Virus record (IMG/VR): IMGVR_UViG_3300008448_000023 | Span: 30,413 to 94,412 of that record | Length of the DNA: 64,000 nt | Source: a virus | Reading direction: 5' to 3' (one strand) | Part shown: one piece after another, positions 11,120 through 21,405 of the stretch | How positions within the stretch are numbered: the stretch's first letter is position 1 | How the letters are laid out: the number at the start of each line of letters is the position of its first letter | Notes under the pieces: generated by a model | What the model was told of the DNA's origin: nothing | Databases searched by the model: none | What the model saw: the letters and a program-made list of their open reading frames with translations, nothing else | Made by a program: the position numbers and the translations under genes

Positions 11120-11721
11120 TAGTTCCTGGATTGGCCAAAATTGAAGGTTTTGTAAAAATTCACAACCCAGAAACCGGCGAAGTTTTTGTTGACAAGAAAA
11201 ATGCTATTCACTACGAAAATATTAGTATCAGCATGGCACAAACACTGAGTGATCGCAACACCGGCTACATCTATGCTATGGCGTTTGGCAACGGTGGTAG
11301 CTCGGTAGATCCCACTGGTGTTATTACATACTTGCCGCCTAACACAACTGGCCAAAACGCTGACTTGTATAATCAAACTTATATTAAAGTTGTCAACGAT
11401 AATTCAGCAGCCGACACTGACCCTGAAAACAACAAAATGACTGTGATTCACACTCCAGGCACAGTGTATACAGACATTCTTGTTACTTGTTTGTTGGACT
11501 ACGGGGAACCTCCTGAACAGCAGGCATTTGACAATTCAACCAATTTCAATGGTGAATATGTTTTTGACGAGCTTGGACTCAAAGCCTGGAATGGCAGCGC
11601 AGACAATTTAAGATTGATCACTCATGTGATTTTTCACCCTGTGCAAAAGAGCTTGAACCGTCAAATTCAAATTGACTATACCTTGCGTATTCAAACGCTC
11701 AGCAACATAAATGCTGTATAA
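11116..11721 (+). CDS. Phage structural (baseplate/tail-associated) protein
   Basis: 201 aa between structural genes; FDELGL...THVIFHPVQKSLNR..I.YTLRI C-terminus. Confidence 0.55.
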   Translation: MIVPGLAKIEGFVKIHNPETGEVFVDKKNAIHYENISISMAQTLSDRNTGYIYAMAFGNGGSSVDPTGVITYLPPNTTGQNADLYNQTYIKVVNDNSAADTDPENNKMTVIHTPGTVYTDILVTCLLDYGEPPEQQAFDNSTNFNGEYVFDELGLKAWNGSADNLRLITHVIFHPVQKSLNRQIQIDYTLRIQTLSNINAV

Positions 11722-11724
11722 ATA
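11717..11724 (+). promoter_or_regulatory. T4-type late promoter TATAAATA
   Basis: Exact TATAAATA upstream of an AGGA RBS and ATG 11752. Confidence 0.6.
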
Positions 11725-11751
11725 TGATATAATTAGGAACAGGTAACTGAC

Positions 11752-13488
11752 ATGGCTTATGTAATCAACCTTACCGATGGTGCTACTTTTGCTACCATTG
11801 CAGATGGTACTATCAATACTTCTAGCTCAATGACGCTGGTAGGTAAAAACTACGCCGGCTACGGTGAGTTCTTAGACGAAAACTTTATTCACTTGTTGGA
11901 AAACGGTTCTAACACCACTGCACCCCCAGCACCGTTGACTGGTCAGCTTTGGTGGGACAAAACCAATAACTTGCTGAAAGTTTACAACGGCTCAACATTC
12001 AAAACTATTTCAGCAGCTACAGCCAGTGCCAGTGCACCTGCATCTAATGTCACAGGAGATTTGTGGTACGACACGGTTAACCAGCAACTTAAGGTGTGGA
12101 CTGGTTCTGCTTTCTTAGTAGTTGGTCCGGCCTTCTCTAGTGCTACAGGCACAGCTGGCGCTATTCCTGAAACTATTAACGATTCAGGCGGCAGCCCGCA
12201 CTTTGTTACCACTTTGTACGTAAACAACAGCAGACAGGCTATTGTCAGTTTAGACTCGGCTTTTACACCTGCGTCGCCAATTAACACCAACTTCCCAACT
12301 ATCTATCCAGGTATAACCGTGACCAAGAACGCCAGCAGTGTTCTCAGCGGAAACGTGGTCAACACTGGTAACCTTACTTTAGGCGCAGGCGGCGCAACCA
12401 CTGTTACTGTAACTAGCACAGGCGGCAACATTTCTGGCTATGTTAGTGCTAGTGGAAACGTTACAGGTGGCAATTTAATCACAGCTGGCCTGGCCACAGT
12501 GTCTGGCAACGTTACAGGTGGCAATTTCTTAACCAGCGGCATTGTCAGTGCCACAGGCAACATCACCGCCGGCAACGTTGCAGCAACCAATTACACTGGT
12601 ACCGTAGTTAGCGTGACTGGCAACGTCACCGGCGGTAATGTACTAACAGGTGGAATTTTGAGTGCTAGTGGTAACATCACTGGTGGCAATATTGCTGCTA
12701 CATTGCACACTGGTACCGCAGTTAGTGTTACAGGAAACGTCACTGGTGGTAATTTGATTACTAGTGGTCTAGTGACTGTGACTGGTAATATCAACAGTTC
12801 AGCTAACATTGCAGGTAGTTACTTCTTGGGCAACGGTGCATTACTAACTGGTATCAGTGCAGCGGTTAGTGTTCAAAAGATCTCTGCTGGCACAACCGAA
12901 GTTAACATTCCTAGCTCAGGTGGATCAATTTTTGCCAACGTAGCAGGAACTTCCAACGTCATGGTTGTTTCTAGTTCAGGCGCTACCTTCAGCGGCATTA
13001 CTGTGCCCAGCATTGGTAAAAGCGGTTCAAATGCTGTGGGCAACATTGGATCTAGCTCAAACTATTTTAACCAGGTATTTGCCACAGCAACTACAGCACT
13101 GTACGCTGACGTTGCAGAACGATTTGAAGCTGACGAAGTCATGGAACCAGGTACAGTGGTCGAACTTGGTGGCGAAAAAGAAATTACCAAATCTCGTGCA
13201 GAACTCAGCGACTTAGTGTTTGGTGTGATAAGTACAAAGCCCGCATTTACTATGAACGGTGGAGCAGGCGAAAACGATACTCATCCTCCTGTGGCAATGA
13301 CTGGTCGCGTTCCAGTTAAAGTTTCAGGTATAATACACAAAGGCGATCGATTAGTTTCAGCAGGAGATGGGTTGGCCCGTGCAGCTCGCCCAGGCGAAGC
13401 AACATCATTTAATGTGATCGGGCGTGCATTGACATCCAAGCTGAGCACAGATATTGGTACCGTTGAAGCAATTGTGAGTATCAAATAA
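11752..13488 (+). CDS. Tail fibre/spike-like protein with GNVTGGN repeats and a putative C-terminal intramolecular chaperone domain
   Basis: N-terminal LVGKNYAGYGE...GQLWWD module, about 9 (S/T)GN(V/I)TGGN repeats, C-terminal YADVAERF...PGTVV...GRVPVKV...KGD.LVS...IGRAL. Confidence 0.7.
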   Translation: MAYVINLTDGATFATIADGTINTSSSMTLVGKNYAGYGEFLDENFIHLLENGSNTTAPPAPLTGQLWWDKTNNLLKVYNGSTFKTISAATASASAPASNVTGDLWYDTVNQQLKVWTGSAFLVVGPAFSSATGTAGAIPETINDSGGSPHFVTTLYVNNSRQAIVSLDSAFTPASPINTNFPTIYPGITVTKNASSVLSGNVVNTGNLTLGAGGATTVTVTSTGGNISGYVSASGNVTGGNLITAGLATVSGNVTGGNFLTSGIVSATGNITAGNVAATNYTGTVVSVTGNVTGGNVLTGGILSASGNITGGNIAATLHTGTAVSVTGNVTGGNLITSGLVTVTGNINSSANIAGSYFLGNGALLTGISAAVSVQKISAGTTEVNIPSSGGSIFANVAGTSNVMVVSSSGATFSGITVPSIGKSGSNAVGNIGSSSNYFNQVFATATTALYADVAERFEADEVMEPGTVVELGGEKEITKSRAELSDLVFGVISTKPAFTMNGGAGENDTHPPVAMTGRVPVKVSGIIHKGDRLVSAGDGLARAARPGEATSFNVIGRALTSKLSTDIGTVEAIVSIK

Positions 13489-13501
13489 TTAGGACAAAAG
13501 C

Positions 13502-14467
13502 ATGACATACGTAAGCGGTGGTTTAATACAGGCCACAGACTATAATGGATTCGTAAGTACCAATGCCAATGCCAACGTCAACGACGTTTGGGGCACTGGA
13601 TCGGGAGACAAAGGCTGGGGGCAAAGTGCGCTGGCCACTGTGAGTGCTACCAATACAATCACTGCTACTCAATGGGGTAGTTTGGTCAACACTCTTGCCA
13701 GCATGGGAAGCCAGACCAACACCGCAATCACTGCAAGATCAGCACCCACCACTGGGCAAACCATTGGCATACTATCAGCTCTCAACACTGATCTAACCAA
13801 CATAACCACTAACCGCGCATTTGCAGCAGCCAACGGTAGTCAATTTACAGGATGGACTGGCACCAATTCTAAAACCGCTGCCACATCGGGCGCACCCTGG
13901 AGCATTACTTTTACCAATACAGTAACTTTTGCTAGTGCAAATGCTGCTCGCTGGTTTTTCAATGCTGGAGGTCGAATCAAACTAGACGTAAGCAAAACAG
14001 CCACAGGTGCCACAGGCGATCCAGAATGGAACGATCTGGCCAATACCTTGTGTGGTGATATATTTTTCACCGGCATTGCTGCCAGCAAAACTATTGCTGG
14101 TGCTGCATACACTGGAACTACCAAAGTTGGCGGTTCGGGTACGCCCAACACACTGAGCACTGCTACTGGTTTTTATGCTTTGACCCCTGGTGCAGCAGCC
14201 ACTATTATCTATAAACAGTTTGCCGATACTGCTCCGTACACCGCAAACTTTATTCAACACAGTGTGGCGCTGAACGCCGCTTCGACTGTTTTAACATTTA
14301 CTACACTTTGGTCAGCATCAGACGGCGACCCAATTTCGGGCGGTACTGCAAGTACAGGAGCCACTCCCGGAACTGCACCTACTACTATTTGTACATATTT
14401 CCCGCCCTCAACAACATATTTGAGCAACAGTTGGGGAACACCAGCTGTAGCTGCTACAACAGTTTAA
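13502..14467 (+). CDS. Thr/Ala/Gly-rich virion structural protein
   Basis: 321 aa; composition and position after the fibre gene; FASANAARWFFNAGG motif. Confidence 0.55.
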   Translation: MTYVSGGLIQATDYNGFVSTNANANVNDVWGTGSGDKGWGQSALATVSATNTITATQWGSLVNTLASMGSQTNTAITARSAPTTGQTIGILSALNTDLTNITTNRAFAAANGSQFTGWTGTNSKTAATSGAPWSITFTNTVTFASANAARWFFNAGGRIKLDVSKTATGATGDPEWNDLANTLCGDIFFTGIAASKTIAGAAYTGTTKVGGSGTPNTLSTATGFYALTPGAAATIIYKQFADTAPYTANFIQHSVALNAASTVLTFTTLWSASDGDPISGGTASTGATPGTAPTTICTYFPPSTTYLSNSWGTPAVAATTV

Positions 14468-14470
14468 TCA

Positions 14471-14497
14471 AAAGGGCCGCAAGGCCCTTTACTTTTC
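14471..14497 (+). terminator. Rho-independent terminator
   Basis: AAAGGGCC-GCAA-GGCCCTTT followed by a T-rich tract, right after the structural block. Confidence 0.85.
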
Positions 14498-14516
14498 TCT
14501 TTTTTTCCTGTATACT
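14488..14516 (+). promoter_or_regulatory. sigma70-type promoter for the tailoring cluster, probably leaderless
   Basis: TTTACT-17 nt-TATACT with an extended TG; ATG 14523 lies 6 nt after the -10 box. Confidence 0.55.
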
Positions 14517-14522
14517 AACATC

Positions 14523-14831
14523 ATGGATACTGATGCCCTTGTTGCTCACGCACGAGCAAGATTTAATCATGCTGTTGCAAAACGGCTACTAAAAGAAAAA
14601 TACCTGGCCAAAATGACCTTTGCTTATCGCGGTGGCATGTGGCGTGCTGGTCCTGAACTGCTGGCTGTGTTACAAACTGTGCCAGTAGAAGATGAAGTGG
14701 TTATTGTTGACTTATACGAAAACCCTGTTAAAATTGATCCACTAGAACTACAGCACTTGGCATTTGACCGTTGGCAAGAACAAATGAATGCCTGGCACGT
14801 GGAGTTTGAAGAAATGAGCAAACGTCGATGA
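14523..14831 (+). CDS. Hypothetical protein
   Basis: 102 aa, first gene of the operon, ATGA overlap with the next gene. Confidence 0.7.
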   Translation: MDTDALVAHARARFNHAVAKRLLKEKYLAKMTFAYRGGMWRAGPELLAVLQTVPVEDEVVIVDLYENPVKIDPLELQHLAFDRWQEQMNAWHVEFEEMSKRR

Positions 14832-15631
14832 CCACCGGCGCACTGATATTTGCATTTAACAATGAACAAACCGACTACCTTGCTATGGCTCGATGGAATG
14901 CTGCAAACATTCGTAGGCACCTTAACATTCCAGTGGCCGTGGTCACAGACCAAACAGGATCTGATATTGTGGAAGGATTTGATCACGTCATTCATGCAGA
15001 CCCCAAAGCGGGAGGAACCCGTTATTTCCAGGATTATGATGCCACTGTTACGTGGCATAACGCAGGCCGAGTTGATGCTTATAGTTTGTCCCCTTGGGAC
15101 TGCACACTAGTATTAGATGCTGATTATGTTGTGGCCAGTGCTGCACTGCGCAATGTAATCAACGCTGATCGTGACTTTATGTGCTATCGCTGGGCCACAG
15201 ACATGACCACTGGACGGGAGTTAGAAGCTCTCAACACATTTGGGCGCCATCAAATGCCCATGCGTTGGGCCACAGTAATGATGTTCCGTAGATCAAACAC
15301 AGCACAATATATATTTGACTGTATGCAAATGATTCAAGACAACTGGCAACACTATCGCGATTTGTATGCCATAGACAAAAGCACATATCGCAACGACTTT
15401 GCATTGAGTATTGCTCTGGGCATTGTAAGTGGACACACCAACCATGTAAGTGATATTCCATGGCCCATGATGAGCGTCATGCCTGAACATACTTTAAAGC
15501 AAGTGGACGCTGACAGTTACGAGATTACATTTGTAGATGCTGATCGAAAACCTCAAACAGTAGGCTGGATTGGTTTTGATTTCCATGCCATGGGCAAACG
15601 TCATTTGGAGAATATCGTTGCGTCCTGTTGA
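14828..15631 (+). CDS. GT-A fold glycosyltransferase-like protein
   Basis: SPWDCTLVLDADY (DxD motif), GALIFAF start, RND motif. Confidence 0.65.
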   Translation: MTTGALIFAFNNEQTDYLAMARWNAANIRRHLNIPVAVVTDQTGSDIVEGFDHVIHADPKAGGTRYFQDYDATVTWHNAGRVDAYSLSPWDCTLVLDADYVVASAALRNVINADRDFMCYRWATDMTTGRELEALNTFGRHQMPMRWATVMMFRRSNTAQYIFDCMQMIQDNWQHYRDLYAIDKSTYRNDFALSIALGIVSGHTNHVSDIPWPMMSVMPEHTLKQVDADSYEITFVDADRKPQTVGWIGFDFHAMGKRHLENIVASC

Positions 15632-16382
15632 AGAACAAGGTTACATTATTCCTGCGTTCAATGTAGACAAGATAGACTACGTTGATTGTGCTCGTACCTT
15701 GGCAAAAACTTTACTGGCACAACATCCCAGGGCACGTATCTGTTTGCTGACCAACGAACCCTATGCAGCGGACTATAGTTTGTTTGCCTACACACACGTT
15801 GTAGACATCAATCGAGAAAATCCCTATGCCAACGACCCTTTGGTATTTGCTCAAACACCCTTCCGCGAAACTATCAAGCTAGAAGCAGACATGCTGATTG
15901 CCAGTCCAATAGATCACTGGTGGACCATGTTTAGGCATCGTGATGTGGTGTTGTCCACTGGCTGCCGTAACTGGCGCGACGAAATCAGCACAGCTCGAGA
16001 CTACCGAACAGTTTTTGATCAAAACAATTTGCCAGACGTGTACAATGCTATTACCTATTGGCGTCGCAGTGAAATGGCCAAAGAGTTCTTTGACACTGTG
16101 CGCAATATATTTGTTCATTGGACAGAATATCGTCGGCTCATCAAATACTCGCCCGATGTACCAGATACAGATTTGGTCTATGCCATGGCTGCACAGGTTA
16201 TAGGGCCTGAATTGGTTACTATTCCAGGATCGCCCTCAATTGTACACATGAAACAAGCACATGCAGGCACAGCCACAAAAGACTGGACACAAGAATTGGT
16301 TTGGGAAATGAATCCATTGAGAATCAATACCGTTGCTCAATGGGGTGCGTTCCACTATAATGTTAAAAGGTGGCAACCATGA
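15618..16382 (+). CDS. GT-A-like glycosyltransferase, paralog of the upstream gene
   Basis: TTG start at 15618 after GGAG; TPFRETIKLEADML aligns with SPWDCTLVLDADYV; DTD and HMK motifs. Confidence 0.6.
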   Translation: MRPVEEQGYIIPAFNVDKIDYVDCARTLAKTLLAQHPRARICLLTNEPYAADYSLFAYTHVVDINRENPYANDPLVFAQTPFRETIKLEADMLIASPIDHWWTMFRHRDVVLSTGCRNWRDEISTARDYRTVFDQNNLPDVYNAITYWRRSEMAKEFFDTVRNIFVHWTEYRRLIKYSPDVPDTDLVYAMAAQVIGPELVTIPGSPSIVHMKQAHAGTATKDWTQELVWEMNPLRINTVAQWGAFHYNVKRWQP

Positions 16383-16705
16383 TGACCCCAGATGAATTCT
16401 TTGGTGTATTAGAAAGTATGCCACAACCTCAGTCTGTATTTTATAGACTGTATTATGAAGGTGAACGCCCACTATTCTACAGCATGGAAGACTTGCCCGG
16501 TACATACATTGAAGTTACCCCTGAACAGTATGCTAGGAGCCAAATGAAAGTGCGTATTCGCAACGGAAGGATAATTCCTATCACTTGGCAAACGGCACAA
16601 AAACTCGCACCCAGCAACGCAGGCACACTGTGCCATTTGCAAGATGTTGCTATTGTTGTAAAAGAAAACGGAACCTATTGGAGCAAACGGACTTATGAAA
16701 GTTGA
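16379..16705 (+). CDS. Hypothetical protein
   Basis: About 108 aa, overlap-coupled within the operon. Confidence 0.65.
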   Translation: MMTPDEFFGVLESMPQPQSVFYRLYYEGERPLFYSMEDLPGTYIEVTPEQYARSQMKVRIRNGRIIPITWQTAQKLAPSNAGTLCHLQDVAIVVKENGTYWSKRTYES

Positions 16706-17615
16706 TATCGCAGATTTAGACTGCATTTACTTAACCTATGACGAACCACAAAAAGAAGAGTTTTGGATCAAAATTCGCAACATGGTGCCTTGGGCAAAAC
16801 GGGTGGATGGCGTTAAGGGCAGCGATGCTGCTCACAAAGCGGCGGCGCAGGCCAGTGACAGTGATAGATTCATTCTCATTGATGGCGACAATCTCCCCAA
16901 CCCGTCGTTTTTTAATCAGACGCTTGTTCTTCCTAATGAAGAATACAAGAACGCTGTGTTCCGGTGGCGGGCACGTAATCACATTAACGGTTTGATGTAC
17001 GGCAACGGAGGCCTAAGTTCATGGACAAAGGAGTTTGTGATGAACATGCAAACTCATGAAGCCACAGACGGACGAGATGAAACTCAGGTAGAGTTTTGTT
17101 TTGATCCCTTGTATTGGCCCATGCATGATTGTTATTCAACAACTTACCCCAACGGTGATGATTTCCATGCGTGGCGTGCAGGATTTCGAGAAGGCGTTAA
17201 GATGTGCCTGCAACGCGGTCGCAAACCCACGGTAGAAGAATTTAAAAATCAAGTGCTACGAAACTTAGACAATCTCACAATCTGGCACAACGTGGGCACA
17301 GATGTAGAATATGGCGAGTGGGCCATCGCTGGCGCACGTCAAGGCACCTATATGACCATGCTTACTAATTGGGATCATACCTTGGTGCAAAGTTTTGATG
17401 CCTTGGCCGAACTATGGCTCACAGTGAAAGATGGCCAACCAAGATTGCTCAGTAATCGGTTGGCCGAGGACTTGCACACACAATTGGATCTGCCAATGGC
17501 CATCCTAGAATGTGAACAAAGCGCATTTTTTAAACATCACTATCGTTTGAACTGGCACAATCAAGGTGTTATGGTTCGAGAAATTGACGTTATTCGCAAG
17601 ATAGAAGGTTGGTAA
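16695..17615 (+). CDS. GT-A-like glycosyltransferase
   Basis: AHKAAAQASDSDRFILIDGDN (DxD), NGLMYGNGG, AWRAGFREGVKM. Confidence 0.6.
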   Translation: MKVDIADLDCIYLTYDEPQKEEFWIKIRNMVPWAKRVDGVKGSDAAHKAAAQASDSDRFILIDGDNLPNPSFFNQTLVLPNEEYKNAVFRWRARNHINGLMYGNGGLSSWTKEFVMNMQTHEATDGRDETQVEFCFDPLYWPMHDCYSTTYPNGDDFHAWRAGFREGVKMCLQRGRKPTVEEFKNQVLRNLDNLTIWHNVGTDVEYGEWAIAGARQGTYMTMLTNWDHTLVQSFDALAELWLTVKDGQPRLLSNRLAEDLHTQLDLPMAILECEQSAFFKHHYRLNWHNQGVMVREIDVIRKIEGW

Positions 17616-19000
17616 TGAGCAAAGGCGACCAAAGCCGATTCATGAGCAGTGCGGAACAAATGTCGCAGGACCTAGGTCCTGCGCTGTGTTTGGCTAAATG
17701 GAAGCAGGTCAGCTTTCACTTGCCCACAGGTCTAAACAACTCATGTTACCATCCGCCCCTGCACCAAATTACCGCAGACGATTTGACACGCCCTGGTGGC
17801 CTGCACAATACAGCACACAAGAAATCTCAACGAGTAATGATGATACAAGGCGAAAAGCCTGGTGAGTGTCAGTATTGCTGGAACATGGAGAATCTAGGCA
17901 AACTCAGTGACAGACATTATCGTTCAGGAGAGCCGTGGGCCGCTGTGGATTTTGAACGCATTCGTAATTCAACAGGAACTGAAGATGATGTCATTCCAAG
18001 CTACGTGGAAGTCAATTTTAATAATGCTTGCAATCTTCGTTGTAGTTATTGCAGCCCTCAGTTTAGCAGCAGTTGGATGGACGAAACTACTAGACACGGA
18101 GCATACCCAACTAGTAAACCTCATAATGATCCTGCACACTTTGTGGGTTCGCGACGCCCCATACCGGCTAGGGAAGCTAATCCCTACGTTGATGCGTTTT
18201 GGGCGTGGTGGCCCACTCTCTATCCCAAACTAGAACACTTTCGCATGACCGGCGGCGAGCCGCTGATGGACAAAAATACCTATCGAGTGTTTGACTATGT
18301 GTTGGAGCATGACAATCCCAAACTGCATTTGAATGTAACTTCAAACTTTTCAGTAGAGGATGCGCTGTTTGAAAAATACATGGACTATGCCAAGAGATTA
18401 TGTACACCACGGATTGAACATTTCATGCAGTATGTTAGCCTAGACTCGGGCATTGCTACGCAAGCAGAATACCTGCGTCACGGCCTAGACTATGCTCGCA
18501 TGAGTCGCAATGTTGAACGATTCTTACAGGAAATACCAAGTCGCAACAGCCTGACGTTTATTATTACAATGAACAATCTCAGTGTCACAGGACTGCGGCC
18601 CATGCTGGAATGGATACTGAATCTACGCCGGACACACAGTTCAACCTATCAACGTGTATGGTTTGATACACCTGTGCTGCGCGAACCTGCTTGGCAAAGT
18701 CTACAAATACTGCCAGAAAGTTATGTACGTCAACTAGAACAGGCTAGAGATTACATGCTGGCCAACTTGACCACAGAAGCCAATCCCCTACACGGATTCA
18801 AAGACTACGAAGTGCAACGCCTGGAGCGTGACATTGCCTGGATGCGTGAAGGACAGTTACAGTACAATAGTATAGCCAAAGCAGACTTCTATCGTTTCTT
18901 TGCAGAACACGATCGTCGAAGGGGCACAGACTTTTTGAAGTCTTTTCCTGAGATGCGAGCCTGGTGGGCAGAATGTGAGTATCATGCTAGGAATACATAA
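17615..19000 (+). CDS. Radical SAM enzyme with N-terminal twitch-like Fe-S domain (#1)
   Basis: CNLRCSYC (CxxxCxxC) and TGGEP; upstream CLAKW...SCYH...ECQYC. Confidence 0.85.
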   Translation: MSKGDQSRFMSSAEQMSQDLGPALCLAKWKQVSFHLPTGLNNSCYHPPLHQITADDLTRPGGLHNTAHKKSQRVMMIQGEKPGECQYCWNMENLGKLSDRHYRSGEPWAAVDFERIRNSTGTEDDVIPSYVEVNFNNACNLRCSYCSPQFSSSWMDETTRHGAYPTSKPHNDPAHFVGSRRPIPAREANPYVDAFWAWWPTLYPKLEHFRMTGGEPLMDKNTYRVFDYVLEHDNPKLHLNVTSNFSVEDALFEKYMDYAKRLCTPRIEHFMQYVSLDSGIATQAEYLRHGLDYARMSRNVERFLQEIPSRNSLTFIITMNNLSVTGLRPMLEWILNLRRTHSSTYQRVWFDTPVLREPAWQSLQILPESYVRQLEQARDYMLANLTTEANPLHGFKDYEVQRLERDIAWMREGQLQYNSIAKADFYRFFAEHDRRRGTDFLKSFPEMRAWWAECEYHARNT

Positions 19001-20090
19001 AATTTTTGTTGACGAATGGGCCGAAACCTGGGACTTGCTAAAGCCCTATGCTGATGAGGTGTTTTGGCAATGGCCTAAAGAATTGGATCCTTCTAGTGTG
19101 TACATTGTAGGTCGTGTGCTGCTGAAGCAACACTGGACAGAAATCACAGAATGGGCTACTCAGCATCCCGGACGCATTGTGTTTTCAAATCCTGCTGAAG
19201 GATCTGAAACTATACTACTGCAACTCCGACGACTGCGTATTACAGAGCATGTGCGTGACGGACGTATTGGCCTACTAACCTCCGGTGACATGGAACCCGG
19301 CTGGCGTTATTGCAAAACAGATTGCTACTTCTCTAACATAGTAGAGTTCACAGAAAATCGAGCAGCACAGATTGAAGCTGCACTGGACCACAAAGTTCAG
19401 CGCCCTTATGAATTTTTGTTCTTAAATGGTAGACTGAGACCGCATCGCAAGTACCTAATAGACCATCTAAGAGCTCAAGAGTTATTGTCAAATGCACTGT
19501 GGACCAATCTTGGTAGTCAAGTTGAAATGGCTTTTACGTCTGCGTTGGACACAGGCAAAACAGAACCCATTAGATTGTTGCCCCCAGAATACGAGATCCC
19601 ACGTGCTGTGTCGCAGTTGAATACAGTACCTGAGTCGGGGTTTGTCAAACACGAGTTGTTCAACAACACCTGGGGTGATGCCATAGTCAATCATCGGTGC
19701 TACACAGACGCCTGGTTCAGTTTGGTAACAGAAACAATATTTGATTATCCGCACACGTTTCGCACAGAAAAGATCTACAAGCCTATTCTAATGGCACATC
19801 CATTTGTGGTTGCAGCCAATCCAGGCTATTTGCGAGATTTAAGAAACGCTGGATTCAAAACATTCGACACCTTGATAGATGAATCGTATGATCAAATCAA
19901 TACCCCAACTGCACGAATAGAGCGTATAATAGATACAGTGCGTGACATAAGTTTGAATGGTGCTGCTAATTTCTGGGAAGCCAGTCGTGATATCTGTAAA
20001 TACAATCAGCAACATCTTGTGGAATACAATCGTCAGCAACGTGCTGAGTTGCCCACACTACTAGAACAATACCTCAATGAACGATCTTGA
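18984..20090 (+). CDS. GT10-like glycosyltransferase-like protein
   Basis: SLVTET...RTEKIYKPILMAHPF...GFKTF...DESYD, resembling the TEK donor-binding motif of GT10. Confidence 0.5.
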   Translation: MLGIHKIFVDEWAETWDLLKPYADEVFWQWPKELDPSSVYIVGRVLLKQHWTEITEWATQHPGRIVFSNPAEGSETILLQLRRLRITEHVRDGRIGLLTSGDMEPGWRYCKTDCYFSNIVEFTENRAAQIEAALDHKVQRPYEFLFLNGRLRPHRKYLIDHLRAQELLSNALWTNLGSQVEMAFTSALDTGKTEPIRLLPPEYEIPRAVSQLNTVPESGFVKHELFNNTWGDAIVNHRCYTDAWFSLVTETIFDYPHTFRTEKIYKPILMAHPFVVAANPGYLRDLRNAGFKTFDTLIDESYDQINTPTARIERIIDTVRDISLNGAANFWEASRDICKYNQQHLVEYNRQQRAELPTLLEQYLNERS

Positions 20091-21405
20091 TTTTCGCCAG
20101 CAAGTACTGGATACCTTGAGTCCTAGCTTTTGTGGGGCAAAGTGGTTTAATGCTACCATTTGGCTTGGTAGCGGCATGAGCACCAGCTGCCATCACCCGC
20201 CAGCTCATTTGGTGGACATTGATAAAGTCACTACCAACCCTAAGCTGCTGCACAATACACCCGAAAAGAAAGACGACCGTGCAAAAATGCAGGCAGGCGA
20301 ACGTCCCAGTGGTTGCGAATACTGCTGGAAGATTGAAGACATGGGTCGCAATGCTGTTTCAGACCGTGTGTACAAATCAAAAATTTACCCTATAGCTGCA
20401 TTAAAGGAAGCACATGAAACTCCGCCTGATCAAGACGTGGATTTGCGAACTCTTGAAATTTCTTTTGATCGGACCTGCCAGTTTGCTTGTTCTTATTGTA
20501 ATCCTGCATTCAGTAGCACATGGGTTAAAGACATTAGGAATAACGGACCCTATATGGGCCTTGTGTCTGACGGTCGTAATCACTTTACACATGAGCATTC
20601 AAGTGCTCAATTGTATCGCTTCGGGGAGACCAATCCGTATGTTGAAGCTTTTTTTGCGTGGTGGGAATCAGATCTACATCACACATTACAAGAATTAAGA
20701 ATCACCGGCGGTGAGCCACTAATGAGCGGCCACACCTGGAAACTGATTGACTGGTTCCGTAACAATCCAGGACGCAGTCGCACACGCCTGGCCATCAACT
20801 CAAACCTGGGTGCAGATGTAGATGTGGATCGACTGCTGGATTCCATACAGGGGCTGGATGTGGACGTCTATACCAGCCAGGAAGCTGTGGGCGTTCAAGC
20901 CGAATACATACGTGATGGCCTGGACTATGTTGCCTGGAAGGCAAATGTAGAAAAGATCTTGGCCAGTGGCCGTGTGCGTACCTTGCACTTTATGGGCACT
21001 ATTAACGCACTGTGCCTGCCCAGCTTGCCCGACCATTTGCGTTATCTACTGGAACTAAAACAACGCTACGGGCGTGACGCAGTAAGTTACACACTGAACA
21101 TTTTGAGATTCCCCAGCTTTCAAAGTGCGCTGGTAATGCCACATGAACTACGTGCTAGATTTTCTGTAGAACTAAAAGAATTGCACTACCGCAATCAACA
21201 CAATCCGCTGTTTCATGAGCATGAATTGGATCACTTGCAACGGCTGATTGATTACTTGGATGTAGTCGAAACTCCGCATTCAGAAGCATTTGACCTCCCT
21301 AAACTACTGAACGATTTTGTTGAATTTTATCGACAGTACGATATTCGCAGAGCAAAGAACTTTGCACTGACGTTCCCTAAATTAAAGAAACTCATAAACA
21401 AATGA
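20077..21405 (+). CDS. Radical SAM enzyme, N-terminal twitch (#2)
   Basis: CQFACSYC and TGGEP; CGAKW...SCHH...GCEYC. Confidence 0.85.
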   Translation: MNDLDFRQQVLDTLSPSFCGAKWFNATIWLGSGMSTSCHHPPAHLVDIDKVTTNPKLLHNTPEKKDDRAKMQAGERPSGCEYCWKIEDMGRNAVSDRVYKSKIYPIAALKEAHETPPDQDVDLRTLEISFDRTCQFACSYCNPAFSSTWVKDIRNNGPYMGLVSDGRNHFTHEHSSAQLYRFGETNPYVEAFFAWWESDLHHTLQELRITGGEPLMSGHTWKLIDWFRNNPGRSRTRLAINSNLGADVDVDRLLDSIQGLDVDVYTSQEAVGVQAEYIRDGLDYVAWKANVEKILASGRVRTLHFMGTINALCLPSLPDHLRYLLELKQRYGRDAVSYTLNILRFPSFQSALVMPHELRARFSVELKELHYRNQHNPLFHEHELDHLQRLIDYLDVVETPHSEAFDLPKLLNDFVEFYRQYDIRRAKNFALTFPKLKKLINK

